Shown: in pieces, positions 14,796-25,630 of the stretch
Position numbering within the stretch: the first letter of the stretch is position 1
Layout of the letters: every line of letters begins with the position of its first letter
Notes under the pieces: model-generated
What the model was told of the DNA's origin: nothing
Seen by the model: the letters and a program-made list of their open reading frames with translations, nothing else
The model's database searches: none
Position numbers and translations under genes: made by a program
Source: Psychrobacter sp. DM4
GTDB taxonomy: Bacteria; Pseudomonadota; Gammaproteobacteria; Pseudomonadales; Moraxellaceae
Reading direction: 5' to 3'
Length of the DNA stretch: 32,000 nucleotides
Assembly: GCF_051307035.1 (NCBI RefSeq)
Contig: NZ_CP195536.1
Span: 420,001 to 452,000 of the forward strand

Positions 14796-16550
14796 ATGAC
14801 TCAAACTAATTTTGATACTATTCTTAATAATATTCCAAGTATAAATATGGGCGCGCATTCTACTAATGCACCGCTCAATCAAAGCTACGATAAAGGTCCT
14901 GATGTCCCGCTTATTGAAGCGACTATCGGTGATTTTTTTGATGCTATTGCCTATAGATATCCAGAGCGCCCAGCGTTAGTATCCTCACACCAAAATATCC
15001 GCTGGACTTATAAAGAGCTACAACAGCAGGTCAATAAGCTTGCGAGCGCCATTATAGAGATGGGACTTGAGATCGGTGATCGTATTGGCATCTGGTCGCA
15101 TAACAATAGCGAGTGGCTGCTTATGCAACTGGCAACCGCAAAGGTCGGTATCGTACTGGTCAATATTAACCCAGCCTACCGCACTTTTGAGCTTCAATAC
15201 TCGCTTAACAAACTAGGCTGCTCGGTGCTAGTACTTATGCGCCATTTCAAAAGTAGCGACTACGCGCAGATGGTGCGCGAGCTATGTCCTGAGATTTATC
15301 ACAAAACTTACAACCAGCTAGATTTAGTCGAGATTCCTACGATTGAGCGCGTTATTTGGATCGATGAGCCAGGCAATGACGATAACTTCGATTATATGCA
15401 AAGGTTCTCCGATTGGATGAGCGAAGGCAACGCGAACGATCCGCGTATCGCCAAGCGTCAAGCTCAACTCAAAAATACTGACGCTATTAACGTACAATTT
15501 ACCAGTGGTACAACTGGCACACCCAAGGGCGCAACCTTAACGCACCGCAATATTCTTAATAACGGCTACTTTATCGGTGAGGCCATGAATCTCACGGAAG
15601 AGGATATCTTGTGCATTCCTGTACCGCTGTATCATTGCTTTGGTATGGTGCTTGGTAACTTAGCCATTCTCACTCACGGCGGCTGCATCGTTTATCCCAA
15701 CGATGGTTTTGAGCCGCTCAGCGTATTGCACGCGGTGCAGGCTGAGAAGTGTACCGCGCTTCATGGTGTGCCAACGATGTTTATCGCTATGCTCGATCAT
15801 CCTGATTTTGCTCAATATGACTTATCGACGCTACGCACAGGCATCATGGCAGGTTCTAGTTGCCCGATTGAAGTCATGCGCCGCGTCATTGATAAGATGC
15901 ATATGGATGAGGTCACTATCGCTTATGGCATGACCGAAACTAGTCCGGTGTCCTGTCAGACCAATAAGCATACCCCGCTTGAGAAGCAAGTCTCAACCGT
16001 CGGTCTGGTTCAGCCGGCCCTTGAAGTCAAAGTCGTCGATACTGAAACGGGTGAGATTGTTCCACTTGGAGAAACAGGCGAGCTACTTACGCGCGGTTAT
16101 TCGGTGATGAAAGGCTATTGGGGCAGCCGTTTTAAGACCCGCGAAGCTATTCGCGAGGGCTGGATGCATACAGGAGATTTGGCAACAATGGATGAGGATG
16201 GTTATGTCAAAGTTGTCGGTCGTAGCAAAGATATGGTCATACGTGGCGGCGAGAATATCTATCCCGTTGAGATCGAAAACTATCTATATCGTCATCCCAA
16301 GATCCGCGATGTACAAGTTGTCGGTATTCCCGATAAGCGCTATGGCGAGGTATTAGCGGCTTTAATAATTCCAAAAGAGCCAGATTGCTTGACCGAGGAT
16401 GAAGTCAAAGAGTTCTGCCGCAATAATATTGCCCATTATAAAGTACCGACCTATTATCGTTTCGTTAACGAGTATCCAATGACCATCACTGGTAAAATTC
16501 AAAAATATAAAATCATCGAGCAAATGAAAAAAGAGTTGGGCTTAGTATAG
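14796..16550 (+). CDS. AMP-dependent acyl-CoA synthetase/ligase (first gene of liu operon)
   Basis: 584 aa. Adenylate-forming motifs [18 protein letters not shown] and [31 protein letters not shown]. Confidence 0.8.
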   Translation: MTQTNFDTILNNIPSINMGAHSTNAPLNQSYDKGPDVPLIEATIGDFFDAIAYRYPERPALVSSHQNIRWTYKELQQQVNKLASAIIEMGLEIGDRIGIWSHNNSEWLLMQLATAKVGIVLVNINPAYRTFELQYSLNKLGCSVLVLMRHFKSSDYAQMVRELCPEIYHKTYNQLDLVEIPTIERVIWIDEPGNDDNFDYMQRFSDWMSEGNANDPRIAKRQAQLKNTDAINVQFTSGTTGTPKGATLTHRNILNNGYFIGEAMNLTEEDILCIPVPLYHCFGMVLGNLAILTHGGCIVYPNDGFEPLSVLHAVQAEKCTALHGVPTMFIAMLDHPDFAQYDLSTLRTGIMAGSSCPIEVMRRVIDKMHMDEVTIAYGMTETSPVSCQTNKHTPLEKQVSTVGLVQPALEVKVVDTETGEIVPLGETGELLTRGYSVMKGYWGSRFKTREAIREGWMHTGDLATMDEDGYVKVVGRSKDMVIRGGENIYPVEIENYLYRHPKIRDVQVVGIPDKRYGEVLAALIIPKEPDCLTEDEVKEFCRNNIAHYKVPTYYRFVNEYPMTITGKIQKYKIIEQMKKELGLV

Positions 16551-16618
16551 TCTTAGCTCATGTCTATGCGTTCCTATGATAGATCAATAGCGAAGTAGAA
16601 GACCAACAAAGGAATACC

Positions 16619-18229
16619 ATGAGTGCCATCATTACCAGTAAGTTAAGCGCAAACTCAAATGAATTTCAGCAAAATAGCGCGGCGATGCAAACTATCGTCG
16701 ACGATCTATATGAGCATCTGCGCAAAGTTGCAAAAGGTGGCTCGGAGCGCGCGCGTGCCAAGCATCTAGCCCGTGGAAAGCTGTTACCTCGCGAGCGCGT
16801 TGAGCGCCTGCTCGATGTCGGGACGCCATTCTTAGAAGTAGCACCGATGGCCGCGCACGATATGTATGGCGAAGATATTCCAGCGGCTGGCCTGATCGCA
16901 GGTATCGGTCGCATCAATGGTATTGAGTGTATGATCGTCTGTAATGATGCCACGGTCAAAGGTGGTACGTATTACCCCATGACGGTCAAAAAGCATTTGC
17001 GCGCGCAAGAGATTGCGCAAGAAAACCATCTACCTTGTGTCTATTTGGTTGATTCAGGTGGCGCTAATTTGCCCAATCAAGACGAAGTTTTCCCTGACAA
17101 AGACGACTTTGGGCGTATCTTTTTTAATCAAGCGACGCTTAGCGCGGCGGGTATTCCGCAGATTGCCGTGGTCATGGGTAGCTGCACGGCAGGTGGCGCT
17201 TATGTGCCAGCGATGAGCGATGAATCTATTATTGTCAAAGATCAAGGGACTATCTTTTTGGGTGGCCCGCCACTGGTCAAGGCCGCGACAGGAGAGGAGG
17301 TCAGTGCTGAGGATCTAGGCGGTGGTGACGTGCATACGCGTCTATCTGGGGTCGTCGATTATCTCGCACAAAACGATACGCATGCCTTATCAATAGCGCG
17401 TGATATCGTCTCTCATCTCAATCGCCCTGCTAAACATATTCCCAATCAAATCATGCCGCGCCCGCCGCGTTACGATGCCAAAGAGTTGTACGGCATTATC
17501 CCAACGGACAAGCGCCAACCTTTTGATGTTAGAGAAATCATCGCTCGTATCGTTGATGACAGTGCTTTTGATGAATTCAAAGCGCGTTTTGCTACCACTA
17601 TCATTTGTGGTTTTGCTCATATCGAGGGTATGCCAGTGGGCATCATCGCTAACAACGGCATCTTGTTTAGTGAGTCCGCTCAAAAGAGTACGCATTTTAT
17701 TGAGCTGTGCTGTAAGCGTAAAATTCCTTTGGTGTTTTTGCAAAATATCACCGGCTTTATGGTGGGCCGTAAGTACGAAAACGAAGGTATTGCTCGCCAT
17801 GGTGCCAAGATGGTCATGGCGGTTGCCAATGCCAAAGTGCCAAAGTTTACGGTCATCGTTGGCGGCTCGTTTGGCGCAGGTAACTACGGCATGTGCGGCC
17901 GCGCTTATAGTCCGCGATTTTTGTGGATGTGGCCCAATGCTCGCATTTCAGTCATGGGCGGTGAGCAAGCGGCGTCGGTACTGGCAACGGTCAAGCGTGA
18001 TAACTTTGATCGTAAAGGTGAGGCGTGGAGTGATGCCGACGAAGCAGCATTGAAAGCGCCTATTCGCGATATGTATGAGGAGCAAGGCCATCCTTATTAT
18101 GCAACAGCGCGCTTGTGGGATGATGGTGTGATTGACCCTGCTGATACGCGTAATGTACTGGCCTTAGGATTGAGCGCTGCCTATAACGCCCCAATCGAAG
18201 AGACGACATTTGGTGTGTTCAGAATGTAG
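16619..18229 (+). CDS. liuB: 3-methylcrotonyl-CoA carboxylase, carboxyltransferase (beta) subunit
   Basis: 536-aa acyl-CoA carboxyltransferase with two crotonase-like halves. It lies in the same operon as MCC-alpha, methylglutaconyl-CoA hydratase, HMG-CoA lyase and IVD. Confidence 0.85.
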   Translation: MSAIITSKLSANSNEFQQNSAAMQTIVDDLYEHLRKVAKGGSERARAKHLARGKLLPRERVERLLDVGTPFLEVAPMAAHDMYGEDIPAAGLIAGIGRINGIECMIVCNDATVKGGTYYPMTVKKHLRAQEIAQENHLPCVYLVDSGGANLPNQDEVFPDKDDFGRIFFNQATLSAAGIPQIAVVMGSCTAGGAYVPAMSDESIIVKDQGTIFLGGPPLVKAATGEEVSAEDLGGGDVHTRLSGVVDYLAQNDTHALSIARDIVSHLNRPAKHIPNQIMPRPPRYDAKELYGIIPTDKRQPFDVREIIARIVDDSAFDEFKARFATTIICGFAHIEGMPVGIIANNGILFSESAQKSTHFIELCCKRKIPLVFLQNITGFMVGRKYENEGIARHGAKMVMAVANAKVPKFTVIVGGSFGAGNYGMCGRAYSPRFLWMWPNARISVMGGEQAASVLATVKRDNFDRKGEAWSDADEAALKAPIRDMYEEQGHPYYATARLWDDGVIDPADTRNVLALGLSAAYNAPIEETTFGVFRM

Positions 18230-18294
18230 GCCCGGTATGAAAACATGAATAAGCCACAAAAATATAAATAGCCATAAAAGTTAAAGAGAGAGTT

Positions 18295-19122
18295 ATGCAA
18301 AAAGACTTAGGACAGCAAGACTTAGTACAGAAGACTGATAACTACAACAATCTACTCGTCGCAACTGACGGACATGTGGCTACGGTGACCTTAAACCGTC
18401 CTGAAGTACGTAATGCTTTTAACGATGAGATGATAGGCGAATTGACTGCGGCATTTGAGCAACTAGGAGCTGATGACAAAGTACGCGTTATCGTCTTAGC
18501 CGCAGCAGGAAAAGCGTTTTGCGCAGGTGCAGATCTCAACTGGATGCGCGCGATGGCAGACTACGATTATGACGAAAATCTAGCCGATGCCGACAAATTA
18601 GCGCAAATGCTCAAGACCATTTACGAGTGTCCTAAGCCTACTATCGCTGCTATTCAAGGCGACGTATATGCAGGTGGCATGGGCTTGGTCGCTGTCTGTG
18701 ATATCGCTATCGCGGTAAAGATTGCTAATTTTTGCTTAAGTGAGGTACGTTTAGGCCTAGCGCCTGCAACGATTAGTCCTTATGTGATACGCGCATTGGG
18801 CGCACGTGCGTCACAGCGGTACTTTTTGAGCGCCGAGATTTTTGATACCAAAAAAGCGCGTCAATTGGGCTTTGTCCATGAGCGCGTCAGTGAGGAGGCG
18901 CTTGAAGACGTCGTCGCAGCGTTGTGTGCAAAAATAGCGAAGAATAGCCCTGATGCCCTCAAGACTTGTAAGCATTTGCTCCACGAAGTCGCAGGCGCCC
19001 CGATCGACGATGCACTAATAGCACATACGGTAAAAGGTATCGCTGATATCAGATCATCAGAGCAAGGACGCGAGGGCGTGCAAGCCTTTTTGCAAAAGCG
19101 TAAGCCCAATTGGCTTAGCTAA
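18295..19122 (+). CDS. liuC: Methylglutaconyl-CoA hydratase (enoyl-CoA hydratase/crotonase family)
   Basis: 275 aa. Crotonase oxyanion motif AAGKAFCAGADL. Located between the MCC beta and alpha genes. Confidence 0.8.
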   Translation: MQKDLGQQDLVQKTDNYNNLLVATDGHVATVTLNRPEVRNAFNDEMIGELTAAFEQLGADDKVRVIVLAAAGKAFCAGADLNWMRAMADYDYDENLADADKLAQMLKTIYECPKPTIAAIQGDVYAGGMGLVAVCDIAIAVKIANFCLSEVRLGLAPATISPYVIRALGARASQRYFLSAEIFDTKKARQLGFVHERVSEEALEDVVAALCAKIAKNSPDALKTCKHLLHEVAGAPIDDALIAHTVKGIADIRSSEQGREGVQAFLQKRKPNWLS

Positions 19123-19301
19123 CAATTAAATATCTAATAACTAAATATTTAATAAATACATAGATAATAGATATATTAATACTAGCCCTATAATTGAAGA
19201 CCCTAATCTCACAGACTGTGCGTAATAAAGCGGGCTCAAAGAGTTGGTTAAGTCAGTATAGAGGTTGTCATAGAAATAAAAAGGCAAAGACAAGGATAGC
19301 T

Positions 19302-21401
19302 ATGTTCTCAAAGATTCTAATCGCCAACCGTGGCGAAATTGCTTGCCGAGTAGCAGCGACTGCTAAGCGTTTGGGTGTGCGTACGGTCGCAGTTTACTCA
19401 GATGCGGACCAATATGCCAAGCATGTGGCTATCTGTGATGAAGCCGTCTATCTGGGCGGATCAGCCCCAAAAGATAGCTACCTAAAAGGCGATGCTATCA
19501 TTGCTATTGCCAAAGAGCGCGGCGCGCAGGCTATACATCCCGGTTATGGGTTTTTGAGTGAAAATGCGGATTTTGCGCAGGCTTGTCAAGATGCAGGTAT
19601 TGCTTTTATTGGGCCATCTGCTGACGCGATACGCGCCATGGGCGGTAAGTCTGAATCCAAGCGCTTGATGGAAGCCGCTGGCGTGCCGCTTATACCGGGC
19701 TATCATGGCGACAATCAAGACAAGGATTTTTTAAAGGCGCAAGCGGACGCTGTTGGTTATCCGGTACTGATTAAAGCGAGCGCGGGCGGCGGCGGTAAAG
19801 GCATGCGCATCGTCGAAAACAGTGGCGATTTTATAAATTTGCTAGACTCATGCCGCCGAGAGGCTATTACCAGTTTTGGTGATGACCAAGTACTTATCGA
19901 AAAGTATGCGCTAAAACCGCGTCATATTGAGATTCAAGTCTTTGGCGACAGTCAGGGCAATTACGTGCATCTGTTCGAGCGCGATTGTTCGGTACAGCGT
20001 CGCCACCAAAAAGTATTAGAAGAAGCGCCTGCGCCTGGCGTTGATGACTCTATGCGTGAGGCCATGGGCATTGCCGCGATCGAAGCGGCGCGCGCAGTCG
20101 ACTACGTGGGTGCAGGCACAGTTGAATTCATCGTTGAACCGCGCGACGCGGGCATGAATTTTTATTTCATGGAAATGAACACTCGATTACAAGTTGAGCA
20201 TCCTGTTAGTGAAGCGATCACGGGGGTTGATTTGGTTGAATGGCAGTTACTGGTCGCCGCAGGCTTGCCATTACCAAAGACGCAAGATGAGCTTGCGATA
20301 AACGGTCATGCGATTGAGGCGCGTATTTGCGCAGAGAACCCTGATAATAATTTTTTGCCAGCGACAGGTACGCTGTTCACTTATCAAAAACCTAAGCACA
20401 GTACCTTTATCATCGATGATGTGCGTATTGATGATGGCGTACGCGAAGGCGATGTTATCAGTCCATTTTATGACTCTATGATTGCCAAACTCATCGTCCA
20501 TGCGCCAACGCGCGCGCAAGCATTAGCCAAAATGGATCAGGCGCTAGAACTAACGCGTATCGTTGGTCTGCCTAATAACGTGGCATTCTTACGTTATGTC
20601 ATCAATACCGACTCCTTTAGTCAAGCCAATCTCGACACGGCTTTGATTGAGCGTGAAGCAAAAGTCTTGTTCAATCAACAACCGCTTAAGCTATCAACGC
20701 TTGTGACGACCGCGATTGTACAGCAGCTCGCCGCTGAATCGTCAGCAAGACTGAGTAGCACTCAAAATGATATTGATCCCTTTAGTCAGCCGACAGGCTT
20801 TCGGGCTTATACCGATTACGCGCGTTCGTTTAGCTTAGTTTATAATGAACAGTCCTATATTGCTCGTATCAGCGACTGGCTCAATTCTCAAGCAAGCGGC
20901 GCGCAAGCTAGCAGCTTTACGCTTATTATTGAAAAAGATACTAACGAAGAGGACGCTAAACAAGAGACTTCAGCACCTCTAAATGGTGTTTATGAGTATC
21001 AGGTCAGCTACAATAGTATTGATGCGCACAATCATACCTTGTGGCTGGACGGCGCTCGAATCAGCGCGCAAAGCTGGGTACATAGCAAGACAGTATATGT
21101 CTTTACCGATCGCGGTCGTGACCAGATCACCCTCATCGATATCATGGCGCACGTAGGCGAAGAGAGCGCCGCTGTTGGTAGTTTAAAATCGCCAATGCCA
21201 GGTCAAGTAGTCGCCTTCAAAGTTAATGTTGGTGATACGGTCAAAAAAGGCGAGCCATTAGCCGTCATTGAAGCGATGAAGATTGAGCATACCATTACCG
21301 CGCCAACAGATGGCGTGGTTGCTGAGTTGTTATTTAGTGCAGGTGACTCGGTCGCTGATGGTGATGAGTTACTGCGTATAGACAGCGCTTCTGATGAGTA
21401 A
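19302..21401 (+). CDS. liuD: 3-methylcrotonyl-CoA carboxylase, biotin-carboxylase/BCCP (alpha) subunit
   Basis: Starts MFSKILIANRGEIACRV, with AAGGA 5 nt upstream. ATP-grasp GGGGKGMRIV, EMNTRLQVEHPV, and C-terminal biotinyl domain EAMKIEH. The TTG-initiated extension from 19194 is judged spurious. Confidence 0.85.
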   Translation: MFSKILIANRGEIACRVAATAKRLGVRTVAVYSDADQYAKHVAICDEAVYLGGSAPKDSYLKGDAIIAIAKERGAQAIHPGYGFLSENADFAQACQDAGIAFIGPSADAIRAMGGKSESKRLMEAAGVPLIPGYHGDNQDKDFLKAQADAVGYPVLIKASAGGGGKGMRIVENSGDFINLLDSCRREAITSFGDDQVLIEKYALKPRHIEIQVFGDSQGNYVHLFERDCSVQRRHQKVLEEAPAPGVDDSMREAMGIAAIEAARAVDYVGAGTVEFIVEPRDAGMNFYFMEMNTRLQVEHPVSEAITGVDLVEWQLLVAAGLPLPKTQDELAINGHAIEARICAENPDNNFLPATGTLFTYQKPKHSTFIIDDVRIDDGVREGDVISPFYDSMIAKLIVHAPTRAQALAKMDQALELTRIVGLPNNVAFLRYVINTDSFSQANLDTALIEREAKVLFNQQPLKLSTLVTTAIVQQLAAESSARLSSTQNDIDPFSQPTGFRAYTDYARSFSLVYNEQSYIARISDWLNSQASGAQASSFTLIIEKDTNEEDAKQETSAPLNGVYEYQVSYNSIDAHNHTLWLDGARISAQSWVHSKTVYVFTDRGRDQITLIDIMAHVGEESAAVGSLKSPMPGQVVAFKVNVGDTVKKGEPLAVIEAMKIEHTITAPTDGVVAELLFSAGDSVADGDELLRIDSASDE

Positions 21402-21434
21402 AAAGGTTAGGGCTTACACAAAAGGACGGCATTT

Positions 21435-22355
21435 ATGAGTAACTTATATCCAGATCATGTCCGCATTGTTGATGTGAGTCCTCGTGATGGCTTACAAAAC
21501 GAATCAGCGACGGTGCCGACCGCCGTTAAGCAAGCGTTGATCAACGATCTGATAGCAGCAGGCGTCAAAAAGCTAGAAGTCACCAGTTTTGTCTCGCCTA
21601 AATGGGTGCCACAAATGGGTGACAATAGCGATCTAATGATGGCACTGTCAGACACGCGCCGCGATGACGTGACCTATTCGGTGCTCGTACCCAATATGCG
21701 CGGCTTTGATAATGCGCTCCATTATCGTCCTGATGAAGTGGTGATCTTTGGTTCAGCGAGCGAGACCTTTAGTCAAAAAAACATCAACTGTAGCATCGAT
21801 GAGAGTATTGAGCGTTTTGCGCCTGTAGTCGTCGCCGCCAAGCAAAACGGCATCAAAGTGCGCGGTGTTATCTCCTGTACCGTCGGCTGTCCTTACGAAG
21901 GTGAGATTGACCCCAGCCAAGTGGCTTACGTCACCAAACGCATGGTCGAGATTGGTGTAGAACAAATCGGCATCGCTGACACAATCGGTGTCGGCACTCC
22001 TATCAAAGTTCAGCGCGCCCTCCAAGCTGCCTTTGACTACATTGATGTCGCAAAAATATCTGGTCACTTTCATGATACTTACGGTCAGGCACTCAGCAAT
22101 ACCTTGGCGGCGTTAGAGTTAGGTATTAGCGAGTTTGATACCTCTGTGGCCGGTCTTGGCGGTTGTCCTTATGCTAAAGGCGCCACGGGCAATGTGGCGA
22201 CAGAAGATGTGGTCTATATGCTCCACGGTATGGGGATCACGACGGGTATTGATCTAGACAAACTCGTTGTCGCAGGCGAGCGTATTAGTGAATTTTTGGG
22301 GCGCCGTAATGATTCAAACGTAGCGCGAGCCATTATCAATAAACGCGCCTCTTAG
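21435..22355 (+). CDS. liuE: Hydroxymethylglutaryl-CoA lyase
   Basis: 306 aa. Motifs VSPRDGLQNE, HFHDTYGQA and GLGGCPYAKGATGNVATED. Confidence 0.85.
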   Translation: MSNLYPDHVRIVDVSPRDGLQNESATVPTAVKQALINDLIAAGVKKLEVTSFVSPKWVPQMGDNSDLMMALSDTRRDDVTYSVLVPNMRGFDNALHYRPDEVVIFGSASETFSQKNINCSIDESIERFAPVVVAAKQNGIKVRGVISCTVGCPYEGEIDPSQVAYVTKRMVEIGVEQIGIADTIGVGTPIKVQRALQAAFDYIDVAKISGHFHDTYGQALSNTLAALELGISEFDTSVAGLGGCPYAKGATGNVATEDVVYMLHGMGITTGIDLDKLVVAGERISEFLGRRNDSNVARAIINKRAS

Positions 22356-22429
22356 CAATGCATATATTTTATAAAAGTAGCTATTATTTAGTATCAAATG
22401 AGCCAAATATTACCCTATAAGGAAAGAGT

Positions 22430-23617
22430 ATGAGTTTACCTGGATTAGATTTTCAGCTTGGTGAAGATATCGATGCATTACGCGATGTCATCAGAGGGTT
22501 CGCAGAGAAAGAGATTGCCCCGCGGGCAGGCGAGATCGACAGCAGTGATGAGTTCCCTATGGATCTGTGGGAAAAGATGGGCGATGTCGGTTTGCATGGT
22601 ATTACTGTACCCGAAGAGTATGGCGGCTCAGACATGGGCTATGTTGCTCATATGGTAGCGATGGAAGAGATCAGCCGCGCTTCTGCCTCTATAGGTCTAA
22701 GCTATGGCGCACATTCAAATTTGTGCATCAATCAGATCAAACGTAACGGAAATGACGCGCAAAAGCAGAAGTTCTTGCCCAAGCTTATCAGTGGTGAATT
22801 CATCGGTGCACTCGCCATGAGTGAGACGGGCGCAGGATCAGATGTCGTCAGTATGACACTTAAAGCTGAAGAAAAAGACGGCAGCTACCTTTTAAACGGT
22901 AGCAAAATGTGGATTACAAACGGCCCTGATGCGGATGTGATGGTGGTCTATGCCAAAACCAATCCTGAGCTGGGCGCTCAAGGCATGACCGCCTTTATCG
23001 TGGAAAAAGGTATGGAAGGCTTTGGCACAGCGCAAAAGCTCGACAAACTGGGTATGCGCGGTAGCCACACAGGTGAGATGACTTTTGATAATGTCAAAGT
23101 GCCCGCAGAGAATATCTTGGGTGGCCTTAATCAAGGTGTTAAGGTGCTGATGAGCGGCTTGGATTATGAGCGCGCCGTACTAGCGGCGGGCCCTATCGGT
23201 ATCATGCAAGCGGTTATGGACAATGTCATTCCCTATATCCATGATCGCAAGCAGTTCGGGCAAGCTATCGGTGAGTTCCAACTGATTCAGGGTAAAGTCG
23301 CGGATATGTATACCATCTTGCAGGCGGGTCGTAGCTTTTTATATACAGTCGGTAAGAATTTGGATATGTTAGACGCACAAGGCGCAGGTCACAGCCGCCA
23401 AGTCCGCAAAGACTGTGCAAGCGTTATTTTGTGGTGCGCCGAAAAAGCCACTTGGATGGCAGGCGAGGGTATTCAAATCTTCGGCGGCAATGGCTATACC
23501 AATGAGTATCCGCTTGGACGCCTATGGCGCGATGCCAAGCTCTATGAGATTGGCGCAGGTACGAGTGAGATTCGTCGTATGCTCGTCGGTCGTGAGTTAT
23601 TTAACGAGACAAAATAG
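22430..23617 (+). CDS. liuA: Isovaleryl-CoA dehydrogenase
   Basis: 395-aa acyl-CoA dehydrogenase ([11 protein letters not shown], catalytic-base region [12 protein letters not shown]). The operon context is leucine catabolism. Confidence 0.85.
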   Translation: MSLPGLDFQLGEDIDALRDVIRGFAEKEIAPRAGEIDSSDEFPMDLWEKMGDVGLHGITVPEEYGGSDMGYVAHMVAMEEISRASASIGLSYGAHSNLCINQIKRNGNDAQKQKFLPKLISGEFIGALAMSETGAGSDVVSMTLKAEEKDGSYLLNGSKMWITNGPDADVMVVYAKTNPELGAQGMTAFIVEKGMEGFGTAQKLDKLGMRGSHTGEMTFDNVKVPAENILGGLNQGVKVLMSGLDYERAVLAAGPIGIMQAVMDNVIPYIHDRKQFGQAIGEFQLIQGKVADMYTILQAGRSFLYTVGKNLDMLDAQGAGHSRQVRKDCASVILWCAEKATWMAGEGIQIFGGNGYTNEYPLGRLWRDAKLYEIGAGTSEIRRMLVGRELFNETK

Positions 23618-23714
23618 CCACTACTGCTATTGCTCTAACTTAGAGAAACGGTGTAGGGTGCGGTTAGCAAAGCGTAACCCGCCGCATAAGGTTTTGATAA
23701 CGTCTTTGTACAAT

Positions 23715-23749
23715 AAAAAAGCAGTACGCCCAAGACGTGCTGCTTTTTT
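23715..23749. terminator. Bidirectional rho-independent terminator between convergent liuA and coaX
   Basis: 8-bp stem GCAGTACG / CGTGCTGC (one G-U pair), 7-nt loop, flanked by A6 and T6. Confidence 0.75.
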
Positions 23750-23773
23750 ATTGCTTTATTCTCTCACAACGCT

Positions 23774-24508
23774 CTAATCCGTCAGCCGTTGACGATGGTC
23801 AAAATAGCGTGCTAGTCCATTTAACAGTAAATCATCGCGCAGCCTTACGGGGCGATTGACGTGTTGGGCGATAATGTTAGCATCACCGCCCGTCATGATC
23901 AGCTCAAAGTTGGGATGACGATGGGTAATCTCATTAATAGCGCCAACAATAGATAATAAAATGCCGCGATGTACCGCGTCTTGAGTGGTCATGCCTTGAG
24001 TCAAGTTATCAAAGCTACCGTTAGAGATCGCAATCTGCTTGGTTCCTGAAAACAGCGATTCGCGTTGCAGATAGATATTAGGAAAGATATAGCCGCCTAA
24101 ATGCGTGGCATGATCAATCAGATCAATAGTCACCGCAGTACCGCAACCGATCACACATTGGCGCTTTTTTTTATCGACCGCGCCCAGCATCTGTAGCCAG
24201 CGATCACAGCCTAATTGACTATCATCATAATGGCTATGCATGAGCGGATGGGCAGCATCAACATGGACAAACTCAAAGGCAATATTGAGTTGGCTCAAAG
24301 TTTTAGATACCTTTGCGTTCAGCTCATCGCCCAGCACTGAGGAGATACCGATAAAATCGGGTGCATAATTCTCGAAGCGATCGGTCAGACCCATGAGTAG
24401 CTCAGCGGGCGCTTGCAGATGCAATTTGGCGTCGTGCGTGACGATTTGCCCGATGTCATCAGTCAGCCAGTATTTGAGCCGAGTATTGCCAAGATCTAAC
24501 CAGAGCAT
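23774..24508 (-). CDS. coaX: Type III pantothenate kinase
   Basis: Starts MLWLDLGNTRLKYW (DxGNT phosphate-1 motif), with AGGGA Shine-Dalgarno upstream. Also GCGTAVTIDL and TGGDA. The 15-codon extension to 24553 is considered unlikely. Confidence 0.8.
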   Translation of the reverse strand: MLWLDLGNTRLKYWLTDDIGQIVTHDAKLHLQAPAELLMGLTDRFENYAPDFIGISSVLGDELNAKVSKTLSQLNIAFEFVHVDAAHPLMHSHYDDSQLGCDRWLQMLGAVDKKKRQCVIGCGTAVTIDLIDHATHLGGYIFPNIYLQRESLFSGTKQIAISNGSFDNLTQGMTTQDAVHRGILLSIVGAINEITHRHPNFELIMTGGDANIIAQHVNRPVRLRDDLLLNGLARYFDHRQRLTD

Positions 24509-24557
24509 AATATTCCCTTTAACATGACATTCCCTGTTATTGTACTTGCACAAACAA

Positions 24558-25517
24558 TTAATCGCGGCTTAGCACATCAATACGACCCGTAAAAATGGTG
24601 CAAATACTAGCGTCATCTTGGCGCAATTGCAAACAGCCATCGGTATCTATACCGCAGGCATGACCTACTATTCTATAATCTTGATCGTGACGAGTTTGCG
24701 TCACGCATACCTTTAATCCTACCAGCGCATCGACTGCCTCAAACTGCTGCCTAAAATCATGTAAATAGTAAGGATGTACGCAAGCGTGCTCCAATGCTAT
24801 TTGCGCAAAACAAGTCATCGCTGACAACAAAGCGTCGCTTACTTGCTCATAAAGAGTCGCTAAGTTCGGTAATTCATTATTATCGTTATCAGCTTCAATC
24901 AATTGCTTGATGTCTTGCAAGCTTATCGCCTGATAACTCATACCTTCAGCAGTTTGCACTGTGAGTGTTGGCGTGGTCGCTACGTTTAGACCAACTCCTA
25001 TGACCACACCCAGAATTTTTCCATCACGTAATACTGGTTCTATTAATATTCCTGCCAGTTTGCTAAAAGGAATAATTGGTATATCAACACTTATATCAAC
25101 GGTTTGCTTGGCATAAAAGCCCAAGTCATTTGCCCATTTGACCCCGATAGGAATTAACCCTTTAGCACATAATTGCTTATTCATCGTTTCAATCACCGGC
25201 ATACCAGCAAGCTTCACGCCAACGATCAAAGAGAGTAGTCCGCTGATAGGCGCTTGATACGGATGATATACAGATAGGTAGACATTACCAAGCGGTGATT
25301 GCCAAGAGCGCTCATGCTGTCCGCGCCCGCCACTTTGGGTTTTAGCGGTCAATAGGTGAACCTTATCGCTATCTAATTTGCCGGTTTCTATGTCTGCTAT
25401 CAGCTCACTATTGGTTGAGACACTAGTGATAAGGTGGCGATGATTGAGCTTGGATAACGGGTCTGACAACATAGTGGGTACGCTCGTAATAGAGGATGGG
25501 CTCGTAAATTTTGTCAC
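24558..25517 (-). CDS. birA: Biotin--[acetyl-CoA-carboxylase] ligase, no N-terminal HTH (group I type)
   Basis: Motifs SGGRGQHERSW (GRGRxGRxW-type loop) and VKWANDL (KWPNDL). The catalytic loop is only about 63 aa from the N-terminus, so there is no repressor domain. GTG start without a clear Shine-Dalgarno, so the start is uncertain (alternative ATG at 25472). Confidence 0.75.
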   Translation of the reverse strand: MTKFTSPSSITSVPTMLSDPLSKLNHRHLITSVSTNSELIADIETGKLDSDKVHLLTAKTQSGGRGQHERSWQSPLGNVYLSVYHPYQAPISGLLSLIVGVKLAGMPVIETMNKQLCAKGLIPIGVKWANDLGFYAKQTVDISVDIPIIPFSKLAGILIEPVLRDGKILGVVIGVGLNVATTPTLTVQTAEGMSYQAISLQDIKQLIEADNDNNELPNLATLYEQVSDALLSAMTCFAQIALEHACVHPYYLHDFRQQFEAVDALVGLKVCVTQTRHDQDYRIVGHACGIDTDGCLQLRQDDASICTIFTGRIDVLSRD

Positions 25518-25630
25518 TATTTAAAAAGGCGCTGCCGATAACTCTGGCATCAGTTTTTGATATACTGTGTGGTTCGATCTTGGCGCTAGCCATTATGATA
25601 CAAAAACATGTGAGTTAAAAGGTGGCGTCA

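Noticed and set aside
17390-18053. 217-aa plus-strand alternative-frame ORF and 136-aa minus-strand ORF inside liuB.
   Set aside because: Both are embedded in a well-supported carboxyltransferase frame. Their Leu/Ser/Arg-rich composition is typical of off-frame translation.
21270-21290. Biotinylation motif reads EAMKIEH instead of the canonical AMKM.
   Set aside because: The Met after the biotinyl-Lys is not essential, and conservative substitutions occur in functional BCCP domains. It is not evidence of a defect.
23653-23685. REP-like imperfect palindrome GTAGGGTGCGGTTAGCAAAGCGTAACCCGCC in the liuA 3' region.
   Set aside because: There is a single copy in the window, and the stem is only 7 bp with a bulge. 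Calling it a REP/BIME-type element needs genome-wide copy counts that I cannot obtain here.
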